Source: Kiritimatiellia bacterium
GTDB taxonomy: Bacteria; Verrucomicrobiota; Kiritimatiellia; RFP12; UBA1067
DNA: 64,000 bases
Direction: 5' to 3'
Assembly (NCBI GenBank): GCA_045628545.1
Contig: JAZQPI010000018.1
Location: 3,643-67,642, forward strand
Position numbers and translations under genes: made by a program. Under the pieces are notes generated by a model that was not told where the DNA came from, searched no databases, and saw only the letters and a program-made list of their open reading frames with translations. Below, in pieces: positions 1 to 8,399 of this stretch. Position 1 is the first letter of the stretch. Each line of letters begins with the position of its first letter.

Positions 1-1
1 C

Positions 2-1825
2 GTGGATAAGAACAACGAGATCGTCCAATTGGTTGAAGACATTTGGGATTCACGCAGCAAAGAAGGGTGCTATTATCTCGGCACTCTTGTCGTTAATCGT
101 CGAAATAAGGATGCGGAAGGCAAGGATGTCTATGAAGTAATTGATGGCCAGCAACGTCTGACGGCACTGTTCATCATCTTCGCGTGTCTTGGGCGGCTGG
201 AGGATTCGGGCAAGTTGAAGTACGAGAGCCGTCCGTGGGCCGACACGACACTTGAAAACATCGACAAGTTCGTCAAGGGTGAAAAGACTCTTGACGACGT
301 GGAACTCGAAGGAAGTATTGTCGATGGCGTCGGTACGGTGAGAGATGCGCTGAGGGGCAAGAACACAGAAGAGTTCGTACGCGCACTGGAGAAGACGGTC
401 CTGTTCCGGGTTGAGGTGCCGCCGAATACGGATCTCAATCACTATTTTGAAATCATGAATACGCGCGGTGAGCAGCTGGAGCCGCAGGACATTGTCAAGG
501 CTCAGCTTCTTGAGGCGATCGGAGATCCGGGGAGAAGGGACTTTTTCGCCAAGGTCTGGAATGCCTGTAGCGACATGACCGGTTATGTCCAGATGAAGTT
601 TGACGTTGCGACACGAGACACGCTGTTTGAGGAGCAATGGAATGCGCTGCCGGTTCATCTTGAGAATCCGTCTGCGGCGGAAACGAGACGTTCGTTTAAG
701 ACGTTATGTGATGCCGTATTGGAGATCCATGAACCGGATGATGATGACGAGGAGGATGATCGTGAGGTTGTCGGGAAAGATGGATATCGTCCGCGCTTTT
801 CCGCCATTATAGACTTCCCCCATTTTCTGATGCATGTCCTTAAGGTCTATTTGGCGCCAGATGCCGAGACTGATGTTGGAGACTTGGATGACAAGGTCCT
901 GATTGACATGTTTAAGGAGGCGATGAAAGCCGGAACGGTTAACGGCCATTCGGTCACAAATGAGCAGTTCGCTTGGGGATACCTCAAATGCCTGTTGACC
1001 TGCCGCTGTCTTTTTGATCGCTATGTCATCAAGCGGGAGCGGGAGGGGGATGCAGATGCCGGCACGTGGAGTCTCCAGGAATTGCAGATGAGCAAAAGCG
1101 GTCGGGGAAATCGGAGTCGTAGCGCGACCTATGTTCAGACAAAAGATGAGGGAGGCATGCCTAACGACGTGATGAACGAACGAGTTCGGATGATTCAGTC
1201 CTGTCTCAGGGTGTCGTACACTTCTCCTAAGAGCATGCATTGGATTACGGCCTCGCTTCGGTGGCTCTATAGCCATAAAACCAACGTCAGCTTGGAGCAA
1301 CTTTGTGAAGTTGGCAAGAAGTTCGCGAAGCAGGGCGTGAGATGTGAGTTTTGGGCGAATGAGCATTTCGATAGTCTTGGTGTGCACACTCCGCATATCG
1401 CCTTGAATTTTTTGGATTATGTGCTTTGGGAGAAGATGCAGCGTGGTGATGCGGACGTTCAGGTTGTCTGCAGAACGAGAAGCATGCCGCAGCTGGAACC
1501 GTTTGCCTTTGAATTCCGCAACACGGTCGAGCATTGGTATCCGCAGCATCCGTCCGATTTTGATGCATGGGACAAGGTGGACATGTTCGGCAATCTCGCG
1601 ATTTTGCCCCGGAGTGAGAATTCTCGGTTCTCAAATCTCAAACCAAATGCGAAAAAGGAACAATTCGGGGAGAAGATTGCGCATGGCAGCCTGAAACTGC
1701 GGCTCATGGCCAATTTGACGCCGAAGGGTGAGGCCGGCGAGCGGCAATGGCGGGAAAAAACATGCCGAGAGCATGGCGAGGAAATGCTACGGATATTAGA
1801 ATCCGTCGTGGCTCGAGAAGGATGA
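2..1825 (+). CDS. GmrSD-like type IV restriction / DUF262 (ParB-like NTPase) + DUF1524 (His-Me nuclease) protein; 5' end lies outside the window
   Basis: ORF open to the window edge. DGQQR signature (IDGQQRLT) near the N-terminus is typical of DUF262. C-terminal EHWYPQHP resembles the (D/E)HxxP His-Me finger of DUF1524. Confidence 0.65.
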   Translation: MDKNNEIVQLVEDIWDSRSKEGCYYLGTLVVNRRNKDAEGKDVYEVIDGQQRLTALFIIFACLGRLEDSGKLKYESRPWADTTLENIDKFVKGEKTLDDVELEGSIVDGVGTVRDALRGKNTEEFVRALEKTVLFRVEVPPNTDLNHYFEIMNTRGEQLEPQDIVKAQLLEAIGDPGRRDFFAKVWNACSDMTGYVQMKFDVATRDTLFEEQWNALPVHLENPSAAETRRSFKTLCDAVLEIHEPDDDDEEDDREVVGKDGYRPRFSAIIDFPHFLMHVLKVYLAPDAETDVGDLDDKVLIDMFKEAMKAGTVNGHSVTNEQFAWGYLKCLLTCRCLFDRYVIKREREGDADAGTWSLQELQMSKSGRGNRSRSATYVQTKDEGGMPNDVMNERVRMIQSCLRVSYTSPKSMHWITASLRWLYSHKTNVSLEQLCEVGKKFAKQGVRCEFWANEHFDSLGVHTPHIALNFLDYVLWEKMQRGDADVQVVCRTRSMPQLEPFAFEFRNTVEHWYPQHPSDFDAWDKVDMFGNLAILPRSENSRFSNLKPNAKKEQFGEKIAHGSLKLRLMANLTPKGEAGERQWREKTCREHGEEMLRILESVVAREG

Positions 1826-2203
1826 GATCATCGTGTCTTGAGGAAATTATCTTGAGCATGGAATGCTGGGATAAAGTACGATTTACTATTAAACAATGAT
1901 GGGGGCAAAAAGCAACATGGCGATTGGCGGGATGACAACCGGGAATGGTTCGGCGACCTGTTGGCTGTAGCGCAACTGGATTTCTGTTAGAGGAGAAAGC
2001 AAATGGCAGACAAAGAAAGATTTTGCGAGATACTTAAGGCGACTGGTCGGGCTGGCGTCGATAAGGTGTTGGCGGGGCTGGAGGAGCTTGGCTTCTTCAC
2101 GGTCCGGCATTGATGCGGTTGCTTCGTTGGGAAGGGTGCGACTGTAAAGGTTGTAAGATGTGGGGTTTGCCTGTGTATACTAGAGGTAGAAAGGAAAACT
2201 CAC

Positions 2204-3127
2204 ATGAGCATGATTCGAATTGTCGGTAAGCGTGGTAAGGGTTCGTTTGAGTCGCAGCTGGATGCGGCGGCGCTCGGGCAGGACTTCGTGCAGATCGACT
2301 GCACGTCCGGGAATAAGGACGAGGTGATGATGAAAGGGCTCTCTCCTTTTTACCTCGGCCCGATCGAGTGCTATGACGGACTCGTCGCGCAACGCTTTGA
2401 GCGTGCGTGGCAATGCGCGAAGGTCTATCCCTGGATGGTCGGGGCAGACGGGAATCCTGACGGGCGCTACTTTGCGTGGCGCGATGAGATGTGGGCGAAG
2501 GAGGGATTCGCGAATAAGAGCGAGATCCGATTCCCCGCAGGGAAGGGCAATGTCGGGAAGTGCCTTTACGCCTGGTGGAAAGTCGGAGGGGAGTTCCGGA
2601 AGCTCGGTTATGTCGCCGGACGTAAGGAGATCTACATTCCGCTTTACGCGAAGGCCGTGGTGAAAACCGAGGCGTACCGGCGGCTCTGCGAACTCCGCGA
2701 CGCGGGGAAGAATCTGATGTTGATTGACTTCGATGGCTATAACATCCATCATCCCCACTACAACTTCACCTACAACGACGCGATCCATTGTCCGATCCTG
2801 AAGATGGGGCACGGCTTTGTTCTGGCGATGTTGCTGGAGGGGCTGATTACTGTCGATGAGAACGGCGCGGTGAAGTACGCCGAAGGGCTGATGACGCCGC
2901 CGAATCGGACCTGGTCGTCAGACCTCCGGAAGCTGTCCGACGAGGTGAAGCTCGCACGCAATGCGACGGCCCTTGGCGTGACGCCCGAGGAGTTTGATGC
3001 GCTCGACGCCGCGACGCGCAAGTGGCTCCGTGCCGCGGCGAAGAAGGAAACGGTCTATGCCCGAGGCTTCACGAAGGCTGGGTGGAAGCGCCTGCCGCTT
3101 GGGGAGAAGCTGAAGTTTCGCGATTAA
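2204..3127 (+). CDS. hypothetical protein (307 aa), no family recognised
   Basis: Clean ORF with a GAAAGGAAAA RBS about 8 nt upstream and protein-like composition. Sits directly downstream of the GmrSD-like gene. Confidence 0.5.
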   Translation: MSMIRIVGKRGKGSFESQLDAAALGQDFVQIDCTSGNKDEVMMKGLSPFYLGPIECYDGLVAQRFERAWQCAKVYPWMVGADGNPDGRYFAWRDEMWAKEGFANKSEIRFPAGKGNVGKCLYAWWKVGGEFRKLGYVAGRKEIYIPLYAKAVVKTEAYRRLCELRDAGKNLMLIDFDGYNIHHPHYNFTYNDAIHCPILKMGHGFVLAMLLEGLITVDENGAVKYAEGLMTPPNRTWSSDLRKLSDEVKLARNATALGVTPEEFDALDAATRKWLRAAAKKETVYARGFTKAGWKRLPLGEKLKFRD

Positions 3128-3222
3128 CTGAATTTTTGATTATTGAAAGAACGCTGTAAGGTCGTGGACTTTGCGGCGTTCTTTATATTGTAGGTCAATT
3201 CATTACAGAAAGGAATTCAGAC

Positions 3223-3870
3223 ATGGCTACACGTCCGTTCTATCGTCCGTTGGAGAAGTTCGCCGGATACAAGACCGTCGATTCGGCGCCGTTTGAATGG
3301 CACGGCGGGTTCGCGTTCTCGCAGAAGCAGAAGAATGTCGTGGCGCTGCACGACGCCATCAAGAAGGTCGATCCGACGGCGAGGACGCTGGAGATCTCGA
3401 GCAAGTCGCTGCAGCCGCTGGGCGTGTCCCTGAGCGCGTTCAACCTGATGATGGACCTGAACGGCACGAAGTGTTCGGTCGAGTCGGTCTTCCAGTCCGG
3501 AAAGGTGTTCGAGGGCGGGGTCGGTCCGTTCCCGGAACTCTGCTCGCACGATTCGCGCGAGGTCCGTCATTTCGTCCAGGATCAGTCGGCCGGTCGCCGT
3601 CTGGTCGCCTTCGAGGTGAGCGGGGAACGGTGGCCGCTGGAGCCGAAGACCGCGTTCTTCTATCATCTCTACTTGAAGGCGCTGGTTGACAATCCGACGC
3701 TCGCCGACGGACTGATGGAATATGACGCGTTCACCGACATCGAGTTCAATCCGAAGCGGCAGATCAACTGTCAGGCCGCGGCCGCCGCGTTTTACGTCTC
3801 GCTGAGAAAGCTCGGAAAACTCGAGTGGGCGATGTCCTCGAAAGAGAATTTCCTGCGGACGAATCCGTAG
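3223..3870 (+). CDS. hypothetical protein (215 aa), no family recognised
   Basis: Clean ORF with an AAAGGA RBS. Separated from the upstream gene by a weak GAACGC...GCGTTC hairpin. It does not match the DarT YHFTHIDNL motif I recall. Confidence 0.5.
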   Translation: MATRPFYRPLEKFAGYKTVDSAPFEWHGGFAFSQKQKNVVALHDAIKKVDPTARTLEISSKSLQPLGVSLSAFNLMMDLNGTKCSVESVFQSGKVFEGGVGPFPELCSHDSREVRHFVQDQSAGRRLVAFEVSGERWPLEPKTAFFYHLYLKALVDNPTLADGLMEYDAFTDIEFNPKRQINCQAAAAAFYVSLRKLGKLEWAMSSKENFLRTNP

Positions 3871-3875
3871 CCTGA

Positions 3876-3907
3876 TTTTGGTATAGTGTTAAATGTTATG
3901 GTATAAT
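3876..3907 (+). promoter_or_regulatory. tandem extended -10 elements (TGGTATAGT and TGGTATAAT) with no ORF downstream
   Basis: TGGTATAGT at 3879-3887 and TGGTATAAT at 3899-3907. The same extended -10 shape precedes ilvB and rpoD in this window. The next credible CDS is more than 1.2 kb away. Confidence 0.3.
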
Positions 3908-4002
3908 CCGAGTTTGTCACTTTGTGATCGGTCAAAATGACGTTTCACCCAATAACGACAGGCATTTGCGAGCCGTTTCGCCTCGTTGGCGGGTCGGTCC
4001 GC

Positions 4003-4061
4003 GAATTTTTTCACCACGGAAGGCACGGAAACTGCATTCGCAGGCACAGAAGCGGTCGGGG
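4003..4061. repeat. left arm of a ~60-bp imperfect inverted repeat pair
   Basis: GAATTTTTTCACCACGGAAGGCACGGAAACTGCATTCGCAGGCACAGAAGCGGTCGGGG is about 85% identical to the reverse complement of 4417-4476. Confidence 0.55.
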
Positions 4062-4325
4062 AAAGAGACCCGAAAGACGATTCAACCGCAATGCTACCCC
4101 TCCGACATGCGGGCGATTTGAGCACTTTTCGCCACGAGCCAGGCATTGCCGTAGTCATTGGCTATCCATTGCCTTCAGCGAAAAGTTCAAATCGCCCGCG
4201 TGGGTGTTTGGAAGTCGTGTGTCGTGCAAGCCCTGCAAGCAAGGGGCGTCGGCGACACGCGATTCAAATTGCCCAGCGCGAACGGTTTGAACAATTTCGA
4301 CACGGGGACTGCAGTCCATAGGACG

Positions 4326-4362
4326 CCGTTTGAGCACTCGCGTCGAAATTGTGCTCAAACCG
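4326..4362. repeat. 10-bp perfect stem hairpin (GTTTGAGCAC / GTGCTCAAAC) with a 13-nt loop, inside the inverted-repeat-bounded element
   Basis: Read directly from the sequence. Related motifs GATTTGAGCAC (~4117) and GGTTTGAACAA (~4283) recur nearby. Confidence 0.5.
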
Positions 4363-4416
4363 TTCGCAGGGTGGCGGGGGGCATAGGAGGGTTGAATTGT
4401 GCAAGGCGGTCCATTT

Positions 4417-4476
4417 CCCCAACCGTTTCTGTGCCGCCCGAATGCGGGTTTCCGTGAACTTCCGTGGTGAAAATCC
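4417..4476. repeat. right arm of the ~60-bp imperfect inverted repeat pair
   Basis: Its reverse complement, GGATTTTCACCACGGAAGTTCACGGAAACCCGCATTCGGGCGGCACAGAAACGGTTGGGG, aligns with 4003-4061. Confidence 0.55.
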
Positions 4477-4615
4477 CCGGCTGTTTGAGGCGCGGGGGTG
4501 GTCCCGCCTGCTCGCCCGATCCGCAGATGACGGGCCCCACGACATGATTTCGACGCGCGTGCTGGGGCACGCGCCCGTACGCCGGCGGTCGAAATCACGT
4601 CGCACCCGTCATCGT

Positions 4616-4638
4616 GCTCTCGTGCGCCAGTCGGCTCC
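4616..4638 (+). repeat. 23-bp direct repeat copy 1 (GCTCTCGTGCGCCAGTCGGCTCC)
   Basis: Identical 23-mer recurs at 4798-4820. The two copies bracket a microsatellite block. Confidence 0.6.
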
Positions 4639-4735
4639 CACCCCACGCGCTGGAGGGGCGTTTCTAAAGCGGCTGTTGCAACTCTTAATAGTTGAAAGAA
4701 CCACTCTCCAACTCCAACTCTTGACTCCAACTGAA

Positions 4736-4792
4736 CCAAATCGAACAATCGAACAATCGAACAATCTGAACAATCGAACAATCGAGCAATCT
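4736..4792 (+). repeat. tandem 8/9-mer microsatellite (AATCGAACA x ~6) preceded by CAACTC x ~4
   Basis: cgaacaatcgaacaatcgaacaatctgaacaatcgaacaatcgagcaatc followed by TTTTTT. Confidence 0.7.
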
Positions 4793-4797
4793 TTTTT

Positions 4798-4820
4798 GCT
4801 CTCGTGCGCCAGTCGGCTCC
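4798..4820 (+). repeat. 23-bp direct repeat copy 2
   Basis: Identical to 4616-4638. Confidence 0.6.
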
Positions 4821-5185
4821 GAGAGAGTGAAATCGATCTGGCGACCGTCAATATTGGGTGAGACAGACTCTTATTGATGTTCAAAGTGGCAAACTCGCAC
4901 CCTTGCGACGCTTACGATATTTTCTTTATTTTCCAAACCCGCAAAAAATTGATATAGTGTGCGTGGTTTTATTTTTGAGGGCCCTTGGACTCTCAATTTT
5001 GCTCCTTGACAACTGATTTCATCAATCTCCGTGAACAGAAAGGCGTGTCTTTTGAAGATGTGTCTTTTTTTAAAAAATCAACAAGAAAGGAGGTTTATAT
5101 AATATAATGACACTTTCGTGTGTCAGGTGTCCGGCATTGCAAGATTGTGCCGGCAGTACAGTTTACTATTACGAAAGGAGCGAAA

Positions 5186-5362
5186 ATGAAGACAGACAAC
5201 CTATTCGAGGAAATAAAAATCAAGATGGTCATGAAACTTCGTGGCTTGCCCCGCGAGGCGGCCGTCAAGGAGCTGCGCGGGAGCTGCGGCCGGTCGATGG
5301 ACATCGGCCGCTGCGAAAGCGACGAGCTTATGTCAGCCGAAGATTTTTTTGGCGAGGACTAA
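5186..5362 (+). CDS. small hypothetical protein (58 aa) immediately upstream of clpP
   Basis: AGGAG RBS 5 nt before the ATG (acgaaaggagcgaaaATG). A TATAAT element lies ~85 nt upstream (5098-5103). The leader contains a CCGGCA...TGCCGG hairpin. The C-terminus is acidic (EDFFGED). Confidence 0.4.
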   Translation: MKTDNLFEEIKIKMVMKLRGLPREAAVKELRGSCGRSMDIGRCESDELMSAEDFFGED

Positions 5363-5391
5363 AACATTAACCAACGAGAAAGGACGACAAC

Positions 5392-5970
5392 ATGCAGAAT
5401 ATGCTGATCCCGATAGTAGTCGAAAAGTCAGGCGGCGGGGAGCGCGCGTATGACATCTATTCGCGCCTCCTGAAGGACCGCATCGTGTTCGTGAGCGGTG
5501 AAGTCGAGGACGGAATGGCCAACGCCATCGTCGCGCAGCTTCTGTTCCTCCAGGCCGAGGACCCGGAGAAGGAGATCTCTATGTACATCAACTCGCCGGG
5601 CGGCAGTGTTACGGCGGGACTCGCCATCCTCGACACCATGAAGATGGTGAAGTGCCCGGTCGCGACCTATTGCGTCGGCCAGGCGGCTTCGATGGGGGCG
5701 ATCCTGCTCGCGGCCGGCGAGAAGGGCCGCCGTCACGCGCTCCCGAACGCCCGCATCATGATCCACCAGCCGTGGGGCGGTGCGCAGGGCAAGGCCAGCG
5801 ACATCGAGATCACCGCGAAGGAGATACTTCGGCTCAAGGAAATCCTGAACGGCATCCTCGCGGAAGCCTCCGGCAAGACGCTCGAAGCCGTCACCAAGGA
5901 TACCGACCGCGACCACTTCATGTCCGCCGCCGAGGCCAAGTCCTGGGGTATCGTGGACAAGGTCTTGTAA
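5392..5970 (+). CDS. clpP: ATP-dependent Clp protease proteolytic subunit ClpP
   Basis: Catalytic-triad contexts GQAASMG (Ser), MIHQP (His) and an acidic residue; length 192 aa; characteristic YSRLLKDRI start. Confidence 0.95.
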   Translation: MQNMLIPIVVEKSGGGERAYDIYSRLLKDRIVFVSGEVEDGMANAIVAQLLFLQAEDPEKEISMYINSPGGSVTAGLAILDTMKMVKCPVATYCVGQAASMGAILLAAGEKGRRHALPNARIMIHQPWGGAQGKASDIEITAKEILRLKEILNGILAEASGKTLEAVTKDTDRDHFMSAAEAKSWGIVDKVL

Positions 5971-5985
5971 GGGGCCTTGGCTTTC

Positions 5986-6022
5986 AAATCGAACAATCAA
6001 ACAATCACACAACCAAACAATT
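5986..6022 (+). repeat. CA-rich degenerate octamer repeat (AATCGAACA AATCAAACA ATCACACA ACCAAACA) directly upstream of the AAA+ gene start
   Basis: Same AATCGAACA unit as the 4736-4792 microsatellite. It ends 8 nt before the ATG at 6030 and no Shine-Dalgarno is visible there. Confidence 0.5.
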
Positions 6023-6029
6023 CCCTATT

Positions 6030-8204
6030 ATGGCTAAATTCAAACAGGTTCCGCAGTCATATCTCTTCCACAAGCTCTTGAACTTCTGGGGGAATATGGT
6101 TAAAAACTACAGCAGCGAAGTGCAGGACAATGACTTTTTCGACATCGTCCGCAACTGCTTCGACCACGACAAGGCGGTCGAACTGATTGAGATCGCCTAC
6201 ACGCCAGAAGAGATCAAGGCGATGACGGAGAGCCGCTCTCGCCGCGGCCGCCTCGACTTCGACGATTCTCTCGACGATGTCTTTCAGAGCCTCTGGAATC
6301 ACGACGAGAACCGTGAGAAGTGCCGCATCGTCCTGCAGTCCATCAAGGACTATATGGCCGACGACAGCCCCAAAACCAAGGACGAGACGATGGAAAGGCG
6401 CTTCATGGAGCTGAAGCGCGTCCTTCATCTTTCCGACCTCGAGTTCGACTTGCTGACCGTCGCCTATGTGAGTTCTCAGACCTGCTTCTGCTGGCCGCGC
6501 CGCGTCGCGGACCGCGACAAGCCGCTCTACTTTGCGATGGCGCTCGACCGCTCCTATCCCGAGGTCCTGCAGGCGATGAACGCGAAGGGCAGGCTCCGCA
6601 AGTTCAACCTGCTGGACAGCGACTGGGACTTCAACTGCCGCACCATCGGCGGCTACATCGACGGTACCGACTCCGAGGCCGTCGAGCGTCGCTTCTACAA
6701 GCGGAACGCGGAGGCCGAGGTCCTGCCGTGGGACTTCTACGGCGAACTCGCGTCCAAGGACGGCGAGGTCCTGAAGCGCATGCTGGCGGCGAAGCCCAAG
6801 AAGTGCAATATCCTCTTCTACGGCGCGCCGGGAACGGGCAAGACCTCCTTCGCCCGTACGCTCGCCGAGGAGCTCGGCCGCACGGCCTGGGAGATCAAGC
6901 AGGGCGACGATGACGGCAAGAACATGAAGTCCGAGGCCCGTATGATGGGCATCCAGATCTGCAACGAGCAGGAGTCCGCCGACGAGTCGCTCATGATCGT
7001 CGACGAGGCGGACGAGCTTCTGCGCGGCAGCTCGTGCGGATTCAGCCCCTTCGACCTCGACATAGGCGGGAAGTCCACCGAGAAGGGCGTGATGAACGCG
7101 ATGCTCGACGAGATGAAGATGCCGGCGGTGTGGATCTCCAACGCGCCGGCGTGCATGATGGACGAGAGCGTCCGCCGGCGTTTCGACTACTCGATCTGCT
7201 TCGAGGAGCTGAACAACACGCAGCGCGTCTCCATCTGGCGCAATGTCGTCAGGAAGCTTGAACTCGGCGATCTGATCTCCGAGACGCAGATCGCCGACTA
7301 CGCCGAGAAGTACGCGACGAGCGCGGGCGGCATTTCGACCGTCCTTGATAACGTCAAGCGCCTCAACCCCGGAAAGGACAAGGTGGACGAGACCGTCGCG
7401 ACGCTCATGAAGCCGCACTGCAAGCTCATGGAGGTCAAGGAGGCGAACCGCTTCCTTCCCGCCAAGGGCTATTCGCTCGAAGGCCTCAACATCAAGGGCA
7501 AGGTCGGCCTTGAGAAGGTCGTGAAGGCTGTCCGCAACTACATGGACGCGTCCTTCAACGCGAAGAGCGAAGACGTGCCCCGCATGAACCTGCTCATGTT
7601 CGGACCGCCCGGAACGGGCAAGACGGAGTTCGTGAAGTATCTCGGCAAGGAACTCGACCGCAAGATCATCGTGATGAAGGGCTCGGACATTCTCTCGAAG
7701 TGGGTCGGAGAATCCGAGCATAACATCGCGAAGGCCTTCATCCGCGCCGGACAGGAGCGCGCGATACTGTTCTTCGACGAGATCGACGGACTCGTCCAGG
7801 CGCGCGAGCGGGCCTCGTGTAGCTGGGAGGTCGCCCAGGTCAACGAGCTTCTCCAGCAGATGGAGAACTTCGACGGCGTGATGATCGCGGCGACGAATTT
7901 CTGCAAGAACCTCGATCCGGCGATCATGCGCCGCTTCACGTTCAAGCTGGAGTTCGACTATCTTGACGACGCGGGCAAGAAGTCCTTCTTCGAGCGCATG
8001 TTCAAGACCGAGCTGACCGACGCCGAGTTCGGCGAACTGAAGTCGATCAGGAACCTCGCGCCCGGAGACTTCCGCACGGTTCGCCAGGAGTCCTTCTACC
8101 TCGGAGAGGCCCAGACGAACGCGGACCTCATCGCGGCACTGAAGGATGAATGCGCACTCAAGAAGGACGGCGAGAAGACGGCGAAAATCGGTTTCGGCGC
8201 CTAA
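6030..8204 (+). CDS. tandem classic-clade AAA+ ATPase (two AAA modules, Cdc48/FtsH-like) with a C-terminal IGFGA tail, encoded directly downstream of clpP
   Basis: D1 has Walker A GAPGTGKTS, Walker B IVDEADEL and RRRFD. D2 has Walker A GPPGTGKTE, Walker B ILFFDEIDGL and SRH ...IAATNFCKNLDPAIMRRF. A ~265-aa N-terminal domain of unknown type precedes them. The last residues are ...TAKIGFGA. Start was chosen at the first ATG with protein-like downstream sequence; the track extension from 5652 overlaps clpP in another frame. Confidence 0.8.
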   Translation: MAKFKQVPQSYLFHKLLNFWGNMVKNYSSEVQDNDFFDIVRNCFDHDKAVELIEIAYTPEEIKAMTESRSRRGRLDFDDSLDDVFQSLWNHDENREKCRIVLQSIKDYMADDSPKTKDETMERRFMELKRVLHLSDLEFDLLTVAYVSSQTCFCWPRRVADRDKPLYFAMALDRSYPEVLQAMNAKGRLRKFNLLDSDWDFNCRTIGGYIDGTDSEAVERRFYKRNAEAEVLPWDFYGELASKDGEVLKRMLAAKPKKCNILFYGAPGTGKTSFARTLAEELGRTAWEIKQGDDDGKNMKSEARMMGIQICNEQESADESLMIVDEADELLRGSSCGFSPFDLDIGGKSTEKGVMNAMLDEMKMPAVWISNAPACMMDESVRRRFDYSICFEELNNTQRVSIWRNVVRKLELGDLISETQIADYAEKYATSAGGISTVLDNVKRLNPGKDKVDETVATLMKPHCKLMEVKEANRFLPAKGYSLEGLNIKGKVGLEKVVKAVRNYMDASFNAKSEDVPRMNLLMFGPPGTGKTEFVKYLGKELDRKIIVMKGSDILSKWVGESEHNIAKAFIRAGQERAILFFDEIDGLVQARERASCSWEVAQVNELLQQMENFDGVMIAATNFCKNLDPAIMRRFTFKLEFDYLDDAGKKSFFERMFKTELTDAEFGELKSIRNLAPGDFRTVRQESFYLGEAQTNADLIAALKDECALKKDGEKTAKIGFGA

Positions 8205-8247
8205 ACGGGTTCGACTGAAAACGAAGGGGAATACTATATGAGGAGAT

Positions 8248-8300
8248 TCTGGCGTTATATCGCTTTAAAAGCGCATATAACGCCAGAAATCCTTTTTATT
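8248..8300 (+). terminator. rho-independent terminator after the AAA+ gene
   Basis: 13-bp perfect inverted repeat TCTGGCGTTATAT...ATATAACGCCAGA with a palindromic loop, followed by CTTTTTTATTTT. Confidence 0.7.
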
Positions 8301-8399
8301 TTCCAAGAGCCGAATATTTTGATATGATGAAAAGCGCAAAGGGGCCCGGCATATTTCATTCACACTACGAATTCACACTACGAAAGGACAATACAACCT

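Noticed and set aside
2204-3870. NADAR-DarT1-like toxin-antitoxin pair
   Set aside because: Only vague resemblance: 'AQRFERAWQCAKVY' versus the NADAR 'HYFQAQKF' region. The 215-aa protein lacks the DarT YHFTHIDNL-type N-terminal motif as I recall it. Left as hypothetical proteins.
3986-4480. Possible CRISPR array
   Set aside because: The repeats are an inverted pair plus scattered degenerate motifs, not regularly spaced direct repeats with unique spacers. No cas genes nearby.
3937-4884. Cluster of overlapping 60-200-aa ORFs on both strands in the 3.9-4.9 kb region
   Set aside because: Mutually overlapping in several frames. No RBS, low-complexity translations, and the region is densely packed with inverted and direct repeats. 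Treated as non-coding.
5107-5370. 87-aa ORF overlapping the small clpP-leader ORF in another frame
   Set aside because: Its ATG sits ~14 nt from the GGAGG, too far for an RBS, and coincides with the likely transcription start just after TATAAT. Translation is Arg/Gly-rich. The in-phase 58-aa ORF with a well-spaced AGGAG was preferred.
5652-6029. N-terminal extension of the AAA+ ORF back to 5652 (850-aa track ORF)
   Set aside because: The extension overlaps clpP out of frame and translates to an Arg/Gly/Pro-rich string. Protein-like sequence begins at the Met at 6030.
6057-7721. 554-aa minus-strand ORF inside the AAA+ gene
   Set aside because: Antisense artefact. The plus strand carries two unmistakable AAA modules.
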